Positions 53,197 through 62,275 of a stretch of 64,000 bases of DNA are shown in pieces. Origin of the DNA: an uncultured Pseudomonadota bacterium (GTDB lineage Bacteria; Oederibacteriota; Muellerivitia; Muellerivitales; Muellerivitaceae); assembly GCA_963843375.1 (NCBI GenBank), contig CAWJKT010000001.1, positions 128,001-192,000 on the forward strand. Direction: 5' to 3'. Position 1 is the stretch's first letter, and each line of letters opens with the position of its first letter. The notes beneath the pieces are model-generated. The model saw only the letters and a list, made by a program, of their open reading frames with translations, did not search any database and had not been told where the DNA came from. The position numbers were made by a program, and so were the translations under genes.

Positions 53197-55125
53197 ATGA
53201 ACTCCCAAACAAAATCTCCAGCGCCCGCCTCCTTCCGGCCGAAAAGAGTTTTCTTGCCGGAGGATGGGTTATATTTTATTTTCTTTATGATCATCCTGTC
53301 GCTTCTATCCTTTGTTTCCTTTCCGTTTTGGGCTGAAACTTTGGTGGTTATAGTAGGATTGATCCTTCCGTTGGGATTTATCTTATGGCGATACTCGAAA
53401 AGCCTACCCCGGGAAACGGCACCGGCCTTTTTGGAATCCTTTCCTGTCATGGGCTTTTGGATTTGGGTGATCCCCGGGATGTTGGCGGTTCTTTTGCGTT
53501 TTTGGGGCTTGACGAACTTTCTGGTTTGGCCCCAGGCGGATGAAGGGTTCAGCGGTCTGGCTGGAATCGAACTGAGCCGCCATTGGGACTGGCGGTTTTT
53601 TTACAGCGACGGCCAATCGCCGCCGGTTTTGGATTGGATTTGCGCTCTTTTTTTTAAGGCCACTAATTTCTATTTTTTCAATCTTTGGTTTCCCCCGGCA
53701 GTATTCTCGATTTTGACCCTGATCCTGGGTTACCTAGCCGCGCGCCAGTATTTTTCCCGCTCCTTTTCCTGGTTCTTGGCCGGGCTCATTGCCTTCAGTT
53801 TCTGGCCCCTCTATCTGGGGCGATTGTGTCTTCAAGTGGTCATGTTCCCCCCATGGGAGATGGCGTCTTTTTGGGCCCTTGGAAAATTTTTAAAAGCAAG
53901 ACACGCTTTCAGGATCAGGTGGGCCTGCGGCCTGGGGTTCGTGGTGGGGTTGGGGGCCTATACCTACGTGCCTTGGGTTTTTATACCCATCCTGGTATCC
54001 CTGATCCTCCTGTTTGAAACGGGTTTTCCCCAAAAGGAAAACTTCCGAAATTTTTTCATTTATCTCTTTTTCCTGGTCCTGGGTGCTTCCTGGTTCATCA
54101 CCGCCTGTTTCCGGGAAGGTTATGGCGACCATATTTCTTCCCTTTGGGCCGGGAAGACCGTTTTTTCTTGGACACACCATTTGGGAGTTATATTTGACTA
54201 TTTCAATATCCTATTTTGGGGCTTCGCGGGGGAGGTGCCGCGCTATATTCCGTTCCAAGGTGGTTACCTGAATCCCTTGCTTGGCGCTTTGTTTTTCCTG
54301 GGATTGGCTGAGGCTTGGCGGTTTCGAAAATTGCCCCTGGTCAAGGTGCTGGGGGTGGCTTTCGCTCTTTTCCTCCTTCCGGGTGTGCTTTCCGCCAACG
54401 TCCAGGGTCTAAGAATCGTCCCACTCATGCCCCTGGCGCTTTTCCTGTCGGCCTTCGGTTTCCAAAGCTTGACCAAGACATGGATGCCGTCCAACCGTTT
54501 TGGACTGGCGGTGGTTTTGCTGATTGCCACCGCAGGGCTGGATGTTCACCGCCTGGTTCAACCATATCTCGATCCCGGTCAATATGACGCGACCTTCCGG
54601 AAAATCGATAAAAATCCGGCCTTGTTCCATGCCTACCAATTGCTGATGCCTTGGTCCCGGGGAGCGGGGTTAGTTTTCACCGACTTCACACCCGAAAGAG
54701 ACCAGACCCTGAGAGGAGCTACCTACCCATTTAATGCTGCTTGGGATAAATCACTTGCTCCCGGACGGAGCCAATGGGCTGCTCTCCTAGCCGAAAAGGA
54801 AGATATGGGCTTACTCTCCCAAAGGTTTCCGGGAGCGGTTTGGACTAAATTGGGTCCAGGGTCAGGGGAGGGGTTTGACTTGGTTTTGGGAGTAATTCGG
54901 GTCACACGGGGTAATTATGATGCCTTAATGGCATGGGCCGGAATCCCCTTTAGTTATTTCCAGGGCTTGAGTTCTGCGATGAATGAGGTGAAGAATAAGA
55001 GAACCTATGATGATGCCCTGGACAAGTTTAACCATCCCCCAGCGGAGGTCACGGCGGACCCTTTCCTCAAGGTCTGCTGGGAAAGAAGAACATTGGAATT
55101 TTATCATCACTTTGGTCGGCATTGA
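53197..55125 (+). CDS. GT39/ArnT (PMT_2)-like membrane glycosyltransferase
   Basis: 'LRFWGL...ADEG' acidic first-loop motif; many TM helices; 'GGYLNPLLGALFFLG'; start uncertain (53170 or 53197). Confidence 0.65.
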   Translation: MNSQTKSPAPASFRPKRVFLPEDGLYFIFFMIILSLLSFVSFPFWAETLVVIVGLILPLGFILWRYSKSLPRETAPAFLESFPVMGFWIWVIPGMLAVLLRFWGLTNFLVWPQADEGFSGLAGIELSRHWDWRFFYSDGQSPPVLDWICALFFKATNFYFFNLWFPPAVFSILTLILGYLAARQYFSRSFSWFLAGLIAFSFWPLYLGRLCLQVVMFPPWEMASFWALGKFLKARHAFRIRWACGLGFVVGLGAYTYVPWVFIPILVSLILLFETGFPQKENFRNFFIYLFFLVLGASWFITACFREGYGDHISSLWAGKTVFSWTHHLGVIFDYFNILFWGFAGEVPRYIPFQGGYLNPLLGALFFLGLAEAWRFRKLPLVKVLGVAFALFLLPGVLSANVQGLRIVPLMPLALFLSAFGFQSLTKTWMPSNRFGLAVVLLIATAGLDVHRLVQPYLDPGQYDATFRKIDKNPALFHAYQLLMPWSRGAGLVFTDFTPERDQTLRGATYPFNAAWDKSLAPGRSQWAALLAEKEDMGLLSQRFPGAVWTKLGPGSGEGFDLVLGVIRVTRGNYDALMAWAGIPFSYFQGLSSAMNEVKNKRTYDDALDKFNHPPAEVTADPFLKVCWERRTLEFYHHFGRH

Positions 55126-55133
55126 TTGGTCAC

Positions 55134-55165
55134 AAAAAAAGCCCAGGGACAAGGGTCCCTGGGCT
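55134..55165 (-). terminator. Intrinsic terminator hairpin with T tract on the minus strand
   Basis: A run then GCCCAGGGAC-aagg-GTCCCTGGGC, just after the stop of the plus-strand gene. Confidence 0.65.
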
Positions 55166-55375
55166 CAATATGAAACCGTTATAACCTTTGAAAAATAAAA
55201 ACTTTTAATATCGTCGGGAATCACTAACCCATCGCGGGCTCGTGTTTTCCTTCCACCTTAAAGTGTTGTTCAAGGGGCATTTATTCCCCAGAATTTAAAA
55301 TATTTGGTTCTTAAACCGAGTTATTTTAAGATTTCGCTATAGATTCCCGGTCCGAGACTACTAAGGAGGAGAAAA

Positions 55376-55861
55376 TTGGATAAAAACATATTTCTTTACG
55401 CGATTCATATTAAATCTACCCCTCGGGAGCTTTGGGCCGCCTTGACGGGCCCGGAATTCTCAAAAAAATATTTCTTTGGTTATAGGGTGAAATCCAACTG
55501 GAAAAGGGGTTCTCCCATCGCCTATATCCGTCCGGATGGGGCGACGGATATCCAAGGGAAAATCCTGAAATGCGACCCGCCCAAAGTCCTTGCCTATACC
55601 TTTGATACTCCGTTCGTCAGGGTGAAGCGCAAAGGGCCGACCCGGGTGACTTTCGAAATATTCCCCATGTTGGGAGGGGTAAAGCTTCTTTTGACTCACA
55701 GTAACCTTATTCCAAAAGATACCCAGAAGAAGATTCTAACTCTGCGTGGTTTAAACAACGGCTGGCCCGCTATTTTGTCCAACCTGAAGAGTCTTTTGGA
55801 AACGGGGAAGGGTTGCCTGGACCTTTCCAAGATGAATCCGGATGGAAGCCTTAAGAAGTGA
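55376..55861 (+). CDS. SRPBCC/AHA1-domain protein
   Basis: 'LWAALT.PEFSKKYFFG', 'GWPAILSNLKSLLETG'; RBS aaggagg with TTG start. Confidence 0.85.
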   Translation: MDKNIFLYAIHIKSTPRELWAALTGPEFSKKYFFGYRVKSNWKRGSPIAYIRPDGATDIQGKILKCDPPKVLAYTFDTPFVRVKRKGPTRVTFEIFPMLGGVKLLLTHSNLIPKDTQKKILTLRGLNNGWPAILSNLKSLLETGKGCLDLSKMNPDGSLKK

Positions 55862-55899
55862 TATTGGCCAACGTAGATTAAAGTGAAAAAGGAGCCAAC

Positions 55900-56358
55900 A
55901 TGAAACTTACCAAAATACCCAAAATGGTTGTTTGGTCCGAAAGCCATTATGTCTTTATTGAGAAGGTTGGGTCATTTCAAAAGACGGCCCCTCAGGCTTG
56001 GAATAGCCTTCATAAACTTGTTTCGAAAATATCCGAAGAAAACAAAATCACGGGCTTTATGAGCCTCTATAAGTTCAAGCCCAAGATGACCTACCGGGCT
56101 GGGGTCACAGTGGCGGCCAAACCCAAAATCCTGCCGAAAGGGGTCAAGTACGAGAAATTCAAGGGCGGCAAATATGCCCGCTTTGTCCTGACCGGGTCTT
56201 ATTCAGACCTTCCCGAAGCTTGCGGTATTATTTTTAATCAAATTGTGCCCGCTGAAAAAATTAAAATGCGAAACGGCTGGTGCCTCGAGAATTACGTGAA
56301 CGACCCCCGGGTCATTCCCGAAAAGAAATTGATCACTCAAATCCTTATTCCCGTTTAG
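55900..56358 (+). CDS. GyrI-like small-molecule-binding domain protein
   Basis: 'GGKYARFVLTGSYSDL', 'ENYVNDP...LITQILIP'. Confidence 0.85.
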   Translation: MKLTKIPKMVVWSESHYVFIEKVGSFQKTAPQAWNSLHKLVSKISEENKITGFMSLYKFKPKMTYRAGVTVAAKPKILPKGVKYEKFKGGKYARFVLTGSYSDLPEACGIIFNQIVPAEKIKMRNGWCLENYVNDPRVIPEKKLITQILIPV

Positions 56359-56377
56359 CCGGATATGGGGAATTAGA

Positions 56378-56908
56378 ATGTTCAAATACTACGCCTTTCT
56401 TCGCGGCATCAATGTCGGCGGCCGGGTGGTCAAGATGGACGCCCTGACCGAGATGTTCATTTCCCTGAAGCTCAAAAACGTCAAAACCTTCATCCAAAGC
56501 GGTAACGTGATATTCGAATCCCCGGAAAAGAACACGAAAGTTCAGGCGGAAAGAATCGAAAAGAAACTCCTAAAGGAACTGGGTTACCAGGTTCCGGCGT
56601 TGTTGAGGACCCGCGAGGAACTGGAAAGCCTGATCAAACACGATCCCTTTAAGAAAATGAAATCTGACGCGAAGACCTATGTGGTATTGATCGCTGAGGA
56701 ACTAAAGGAAAAACCCAAGCTCCCCTTGGTATCGCAGAAGGACGGGGTGAAGGTTTTGGGTATGAGGAAGGCCGATATCTTCTGCGAGGCCCTGCCCCTC
56801 AAGGGGGGGCGCTGGGGATTCCCCAACGCTTTCATCGAGAAGCAGTTCAAGGTTCCCGCCACCACTCGCAATTGGAATACCCTTTCTAAGATTTTTGAAA
56901 AAGGATGA
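56378..56908 (+). CDS. DUF1697 protein
   Basis: 'AFLRGINVGG', 'VKTFIQSGNVIF', 'TTRNWNT'. Confidence 0.9.
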   Translation: MFKYYAFLRGINVGGRVVKMDALTEMFISLKLKNVKTFIQSGNVIFESPEKNTKVQAERIEKKLLKELGYQVPALLRTREELESLIKHDPFKKMKSDAKTYVVLIAEELKEKPKLPLVSQKDGVKVLGMRKADIFCEALPLKGGRWGFPNAFIEKQFKVPATTRNWNTLSKIFEKG

Positions 56909-57169
56909 GAAGGTTTTTGAAAAGTTTTTTAAAGACTTTTCCTCGTCTTGCAACGTTCCGCTAAACCGAAAATAACAAGAACCAATCGGAAACCAAGTTC
57001 TTGAAAGTTAAATTAAAGGCCCGCGGGTTTAGATGAGCGGTTCAAAAGGCACCCCATTTGTTTCTCCGGTTCTCTTGATGACTTAAACTAGTTACAACCT
57101 TGTAACTCCTTGCCTCCCGGGCGCGGAAATCTTATTGATAACGAAATCCGAAGACCTGGGAGGGGTGCC

Positions 57170-58204
57170 GTGAAAAACAAAAAAGGAGAACCAACCGGAG
57201 CCGTGAAGAGAGTAAAACCCCTGAGGTTTCCCTGGGAAACGGCCGATCCCTTTCTTTTTTGTGCCCACCATGACGACGCCTATCCGGCGGGGAATGACCG
57301 GATGGAACCTAAGGCTTCCCTCAAAGGCCGCAACCTCGGAAACGACTTCGAGGGCAAGGATGGTTGGCGCATGTACCATGGGGAAACCGTGCCAGGTTTT
57401 CCCCAGCACCCCCACCGCGGCTTTGAGACCGTGACCGTGGTGAGCCGGGGCTTTATCGACCATTCAGATTCCCTCGGTGCCACTGCACGATTCGGCCAAG
57501 GCGACGCCCAATGGCTCACCGCCGGCAAGGGCATCAACCATTCAGAGATGTTTCCCCTGTTGGACCCCCAGAAGCCCAACCCTCTTGAGCTTTTCCAGAT
57601 TTGGCTGAACCTGCCAAAAGAGGGGAAGATGGTCGCCCCTTATTTTTCCATGCAATGGGCTGAAAAGATTCCGAAGGTAACGGCCAGTGACGAGGTTGGG
57701 CGAAAGACCGAAGTGACCCTTATCGCCGGGCAATTGGGGGACAAGAAGGCTCTGCCGCCGCCACCCGATTCCTGGGCTGCACGGTCCGAGAGCGACTTGG
57801 CTATTTGGACCCTGAGAATGGACTCGAAGGCCCAATGGACCTTGCCCAAGGCAAAAAAAGGAACCAACCGAACTCTCTATTTCTATCGGGGTGATTCAAT
57901 CGTCATTGGCGGCGTGCCGGTGAAGTTTCGCCAAGGGGTCGAGTTGGAGCCGGACATGGATGTTTTATTGGAGAATGGTGACCAAGAGGCCGAACTGCTT
58001 CTCTTGCAGGGCCATCCCATTGGCGAGCCGGTGGCCCAATACGGGCCTTTTGTGATGAATTCCTTGGGAGAGATTCGTCAGGCTTACGAGGATTACCAAA
58101 GGACGCAGTTTGGCGGATGGCCTTGGAAATCCGATGACCCGGTTCATTCCCGTGAGGAGACCCGCTTCGCCAAGCATGCGGGTGGGCGCATTGAGCGTCC
58201 TTAA
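57170..58204 (+). CDS. Pirin-family protein
   Basis: 'DPFLFC', 'GFPQHPHRGFETVT', 'QWLTAGKGINHSE', 'FQIWLNLP', 'GPFVMN'. Confidence 0.92.
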   Translation: MKNKKGEPTGAVKRVKPLRFPWETADPFLFCAHHDDAYPAGNDRMEPKASLKGRNLGNDFEGKDGWRMYHGETVPGFPQHPHRGFETVTVVSRGFIDHSDSLGATARFGQGDAQWLTAGKGINHSEMFPLLDPQKPNPLELFQIWLNLPKEGKMVAPYFSMQWAEKIPKVTASDEVGRKTEVTLIAGQLGDKKALPPPPDSWAARSESDLAIWTLRMDSKAQWTLPKAKKGTNRTLYFYRGDSIVIGGVPVKFRQGVELEPDMDVLLENGDQEAELLLLQGHPIGEPVAQYGPFVMNSLGEIRQAYEDYQRTQFGGWPWKSDDPVHSREETRFAKHAGGRIERP

Positions 58205-58298
58205 GGTTTAGGATTAGCTAAGAATAATTGTAAATCACTTGAGGTTAAGACGCCGCCGACCATTCCAGCAATGATTGCAGATACCAAAGTAAGGCGAA

Positions 58299-59777
58299 TT
58301 ATCTTACATCCCGTCCAGTAAGCACGGCCGCGCCGCGCTTGGCTAGTTCCCAGCCGCCCTTGAGGTTCCACAGGGGGTCGGTGAGGCGGATCTTGGAAAG
58401 CAGATACTTGGGGCGGAACAATACTTCACGATAGGCTTCCCGGCGCAGGCGGATCAAATCCTGGGTGGTTAGGGCTTCGGTGCGAATCACCGGCATGGGC
58501 GCCAGGGGTGAATACTGCGACCAATCCTTGTGGTTCAGGTAGCCGTTCTTTTCGTAAAAGGGGTACATCTCGGTATTAGGGAAGGGCGTCGAGAAGCAGA
58601 ATTGGGTATAGAAGGGGTCGATTTCCTTGATGAAATTGATGGTCCGGCGCCAAGTATCCTCGGTTTCGCCGGGTAAGCCGCAGATGGTCATGCCGTAGAA
58701 AAGAATGTCCGCTTCCTTGCAGGCGGAGGCGCACTTGGCGATATCTTCTTTGGTCACGCCCTTGTTGATGATCTCCAAAATCTTATCATCTCCGCTCTCG
58801 ATTCCTACCGCCAACTCGCGGCAGCCGGATTGGCGCATCATCTTGAGTGAGGGAACGTCGGTCAAGTTGGCGCGAGTGCAGCAGACCCATTCCATGTTTA
58901 CTTCGTCCTTGATCAGGGCCTCGGCCAGGTCGGCGGTGCGGTCGGAGTTCAAGGCCAACAGGTCGTCAAAGAAGAGCACGTTCTTGGCGCCGAATACTCT
59001 TTAAGCCACTTCAGTTCCTCGGCTACCTGTTTGTGGGGGCGGGGACGGTATTTTTCCAGAGCATAGGCGCAGAAGGTACAGCCGAAGGGGCAGCCCCGGG
59101 AGGTCTGGATCATCACGAAATGGTCCTGGAAGACCCCCGTGTGGTAGGGGGCGATGGAAGGCAGCATGTCGTAGGCCGGGAAGGGGGCGATGCTGACGTC
59201 CATCAGCATCGGGGGTGGGGTTTTGACGACGCCCTCTTTTTCGTTGTAGTAGGTCAGGCCGTTGATGCCGGAAAACCAACCGGTCGACTTGGGGGGCAGG
59301 TTGCCCATGGGGGCTAAGTTCGGATTCAAGCCTCTTGGCCAGGCTCGGCAGGATGGCGTCCAGTTCGCCCATCAGGTAAAGGTCTATTTCGGGGTGGTTC
59401 TTGACCACGTCCTCAAGGAACCAGGGAACCTCGGAGATGATTTTGTTTCGGATGACGGTGACGCAGTTGGGATTGGTAGCCTTGGCGAGTTGCAAGACCT
59501 TCAAGTCTTCTTCCTGGCAGTCGAAGGCCATGCGGGTTACGACCAAGTGGGGTTCAAAGGAACTCAAGAGGCGTCCGACATGCTCCAGCTTAAGGTCGAA
59601 CCCATTGGCGTCCATAACTTTGACGTCAAAGCCAGCCTGGCGAAGGGAAGCGGCGCCTTGGAGAATGGACAAGGGCGGATAAACCGAACCGACATCGCGG
59701 TGTTCGTATCGTTCCTCGCGGACGACCGGAAGGTTTTTTACCCGAGGCGGATTGATTAAAAGAACTCTTAATCTCAT
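58299..59777 (-). CDS. B12-binding radical SAM protein, two apparent frameshifts (~59300, ~58997)
   Basis: 'VLLINPP...YPPLSI' N-terminal domain; 'TSRGCPFGCTFC'; 'FFDD', 'GIESG', 'GLPGET', 'TPFPNT' across three ORFs. Confidence 0.82.
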
Positions 59778-59831
59778 GAAACGGTTTCTCCTAACGACCA
59801 AGTATACCAGTGGTCGGAACAACTTTGGACC

Positions 59832-59935
59832 AGTTTTAAATTCTAAATTTTGAGTGCTGAGGTATGAGGGTTTTTCATCCCTTTTGGTTGAAAAACGTCA
59901 GCAACTTAAACTAAGAACTTTGAACTCAAAACTCC
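59832..59935. repeat. Intergenic imperfect inverted repeat built from 7-nt units
   Basis: Left arm agtttta/aattcta/aattttg/agtgctg; right arm aagaact/ttgaact/caaaact; central tttttca...tgaaaaa stem. Confidence 0.55.
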
Positions 59936-59940
59936 AGGTG

Positions 59941-60606
59941 TCAACTTCCCGCATCCAAGCGGTATTTGGCGAATGCGTCCTGGGCCGCCTCATTGCTGGC
60001 GTCCCGGATGTCTTCCCAGCGTTGCAAATGGGAGGTGTAGTTCAAATCCCTCAAGGTCATTTCGGTTTGGCCGTCGTTAAAGTGCCATTCTTTCAGGAGC
60101 ACGTCGTTACCCAGTGATTCAGGAGTGCTGTTGGAGGTTTTGTTCCACCGCCGGTATTGGTGGGCCCATTTTTCCACGGGGATATTCTTGGCCCCATCTG
60201 CCTCCCACATGCTGGACATGAAATAAAGCTTGCTGTTGGGGAGATAAAAAAGCAAGTCCATGGAAGCGGGCCCCGTCACCCCTTCCGAAGGGCCTAGGGT
60301 GGCGATCTGAAACTGGGGGTCGTTATTGAAAGGTCGCAGCTTGTTCTTGGCCAGGGGGTACTTTTGAAGCACATCCGCCATGTTGTTCCCCAGGGCAATA
60401 TCATTGACTTGGCGGGGAAGGGGGATGTTGGGCCCGGCGAAGAAGCTTTTGAAAACCCCGGCGCTCCATAACGCCGTCAAAATAATAAGGGCGAAAATAA
60501 CACCAATGACCCTCCCCTTCCATTTTCCGGGAGTTGGAAGAGAAGAGGCGGTTGGGCTTTGAGTTTCTTCGTTAGAGGCTGGTGGCTGCTTGCGGCGTGT
60601 TGGCAT
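59941..60606 (-). CDS. Hypothetical single-TM membrane-anchored protein
   Basis: 221 aa ORF with one hydrophobic helix, co-oriented within the cluster; no family recognised. Confidence 0.6.
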   Translation of the reverse strand: MPTRRKQPPASNEETQSPTASSLPTPGKWKGRVIGVIFALIILTALWSAGVFKSFFAGPNIPLPRQVNDIALGNNMADVLQKYPLAKNKLRPFNNDPQFQIATLGPSEGVTGPASMDLLFYLPNSKLYFMSSMWEADGAKNIPVEKWAHQYRRWNKTSNSTPESLGNDVLLKEWHFNDGQTEMTLRDLNYTSHLQRWEDIRDASNEAAQDAFAKYRLDAGS

Positions 60607-62110
60607 TGGCTGTCGCGCTTTCCGGGAGTGGATCGCCGTAATCTTGAACGTGGCCCAATAGGGATTTCAATCCCCGCCAGAGAAGGTTCACTTCCCTGAG
60701 AGATCGAACTGTCACCAATTGCCGAAAAATGAATTTCGGGGTTTTCATCAGGTTCCAGGTTTTAGTCGCCCACTCACTCGCATTGATTGTTGTCTTCAAA
60801 ATCGGATGACTCATGTCATACTTCTCGTAATCCTTCTCCCCGATCAGCAGCCAGCCTTTGTTCACCGACTCGCGCCATAAGGGAGATCCGGGATAGGCGA
60901 CGACCACCGAAGCCTGCATACAATCGCCCGCCCTGACCTTGTAAAGCAAAAGCTCCTTCGTGACTTCGTACGTCTTACGGACATCCTCCTCGGTTTCCCA
61001 AGGGTATCCCATCATCGTGGTCAAAAGCACAACCAGACCTCTGTCCTTGGCCATCTTGACCCCGTTGCCGATCAAATTTACGGTTTCGCACTTGGCCAGG
61101 TGCTTGATGCTGTAATCGGAGCCGGACTCTAGCCCGATCTTTAAAAGCCGCCAGCCGCACTTCACCAGCAGGTCGACCACTTCCTCGTTCAAGGTGTCGG
61201 CGCGGCAATTGGAAGAGAACTGGAAACGGCCCAATAGTTTGCGGGCGGTGAGTTCCTTGTAAAATTCCTTGAGCCATTCGATGTTGTAAATGGGGCCGGA
61301 TTCGTTGTCGTCAAAAAATTCCCAGACACCATGTTTCTCGATACAGATCTGCATTTCCTCGGCCACGTTGGCCGGTGAGCGAAGGCGCGCGGTTTTGCCC
61401 CAGAGGGCGTGCTGCCAGATGCAGAAGGTGCAAACTCCCACGCTGTTAGGAGAGGCGTCGGATGCGCCACAGCCCCGGCCCGTAAGGATATAAGCCGTGG
61501 GGCGCAGGAGATAGGCTTCGCCATAATCCTGGAAGCGAGTCAGGACCCGGTCAATAAAGGGAAGGGAATCCAAAGCGTCGGTTAGTTTGTGAGGTCCGGT
61601 GGTGACGGACTTGCCGGAGGCATCCCGGTACCAAACGCCGGGTCCCAGGGGTTCTTTCCCGGATAGGAATTGGACGATGTTGCGGCCCACGATATCGTAA
61701 TCGCCGCCGGTCATGACGTAATCAACTTTCGAGTTCAGAATGGATTCCTCGGGAAAGTAACTGACATGGTCCCCCATTAAGGCGATCTTCATGTTCGGGA
61801 ATCGGGCTTTCAACTCCTCAATATATTTCCAATGGCGCTTCACCACGGGAGCCTTGGTTTCAAGAAAGACGACTTCGGGTGCGAAGTCGGTCAGGTACTT
61901 GTCGAATTCCTCATCGGACATGCGGCGGTTGATGCCATCCAGCCATAATACTTCATGGCCTAAATGTTTTAGGTTGGTCGCTAAGTGGCCCGGGACCAAT
62001 GGAAAGATGCGGACTTCAAGTGTTTTTGAGAATTTGAGATGGCGGTTTTGGGTTAATAAGGGAAGCTCGCCGTCCTTGCGGAAGGGAGGGTACAAAATAG
62101 CGGCTTTCAT
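60572..62110 (-). CDS. B12-binding radical SAM protein with CX12CX2C motif
   Basis: N-terminal Rossmann-like domain ('LMGDHV', 'GGDYD'); 'GRGCGASDASPNSVGVCTFC'; 'FDDNE', 'IGLESG', 'GYPWET', 'YPGSPL'. Confidence 0.82.
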   Translation of the reverse strand: MKAAILYPPFRKDGELPLLTQNRHLKFSKTLEVRIFPLVPGHLATNLKHLGHEVLWLDGINRRMSDEEFDKYLTDFAPEVVFLETKAPVVKRHWKYIEELKARFPNMKIALMGDHVSYFPEESILNSKVDYVMTGGDYDIVGRNIVQFLSGKEPLGPGVWYRDASGKSVTTGPHKLTDALDSLPFIDRVLTRFQDYGEAYLLRPTAYILTGRGCGASDASPNSVGVCTFCIWQHALWGKTARLRSPANVAEEMQICIEKHGVWEFFDDNESGPIYNIEWLKEFYKELTARKLLGRFQFSSNCRADTLNEEVVDLLVKCGWRLLKIGLESGSDYSIKHLAKCETVNLIGNGVKMAKDRGLVVLLTTMMGYPWETEEDVRKTYEVTKELLLYKVRAGDCMQASVVVAYPGSPLWRESVNKGWLLIGEKDYEKYDMSHPILKTTINASEWATKTWNLMKTPKFIFRQLVTVRSLREVNLLWRGLKSLLGHVQDYGDPLPESATANANTPQAATSL

Positions 62111-62275
62111 TAAAGACCTCTTGGTTTTTTAATAAGAAACTTTTCTTGGATGTTCAAGTCTATCAACTTGTTTAAAAAGTTCCAAGGGCGCTTTTTAAGC
62201 ACCAAATATTTACAAGCAATTTTGAACACCCCGAGAATCTATTGAAATATTCAGGGTTTAAGTGCTTGGGTATTC

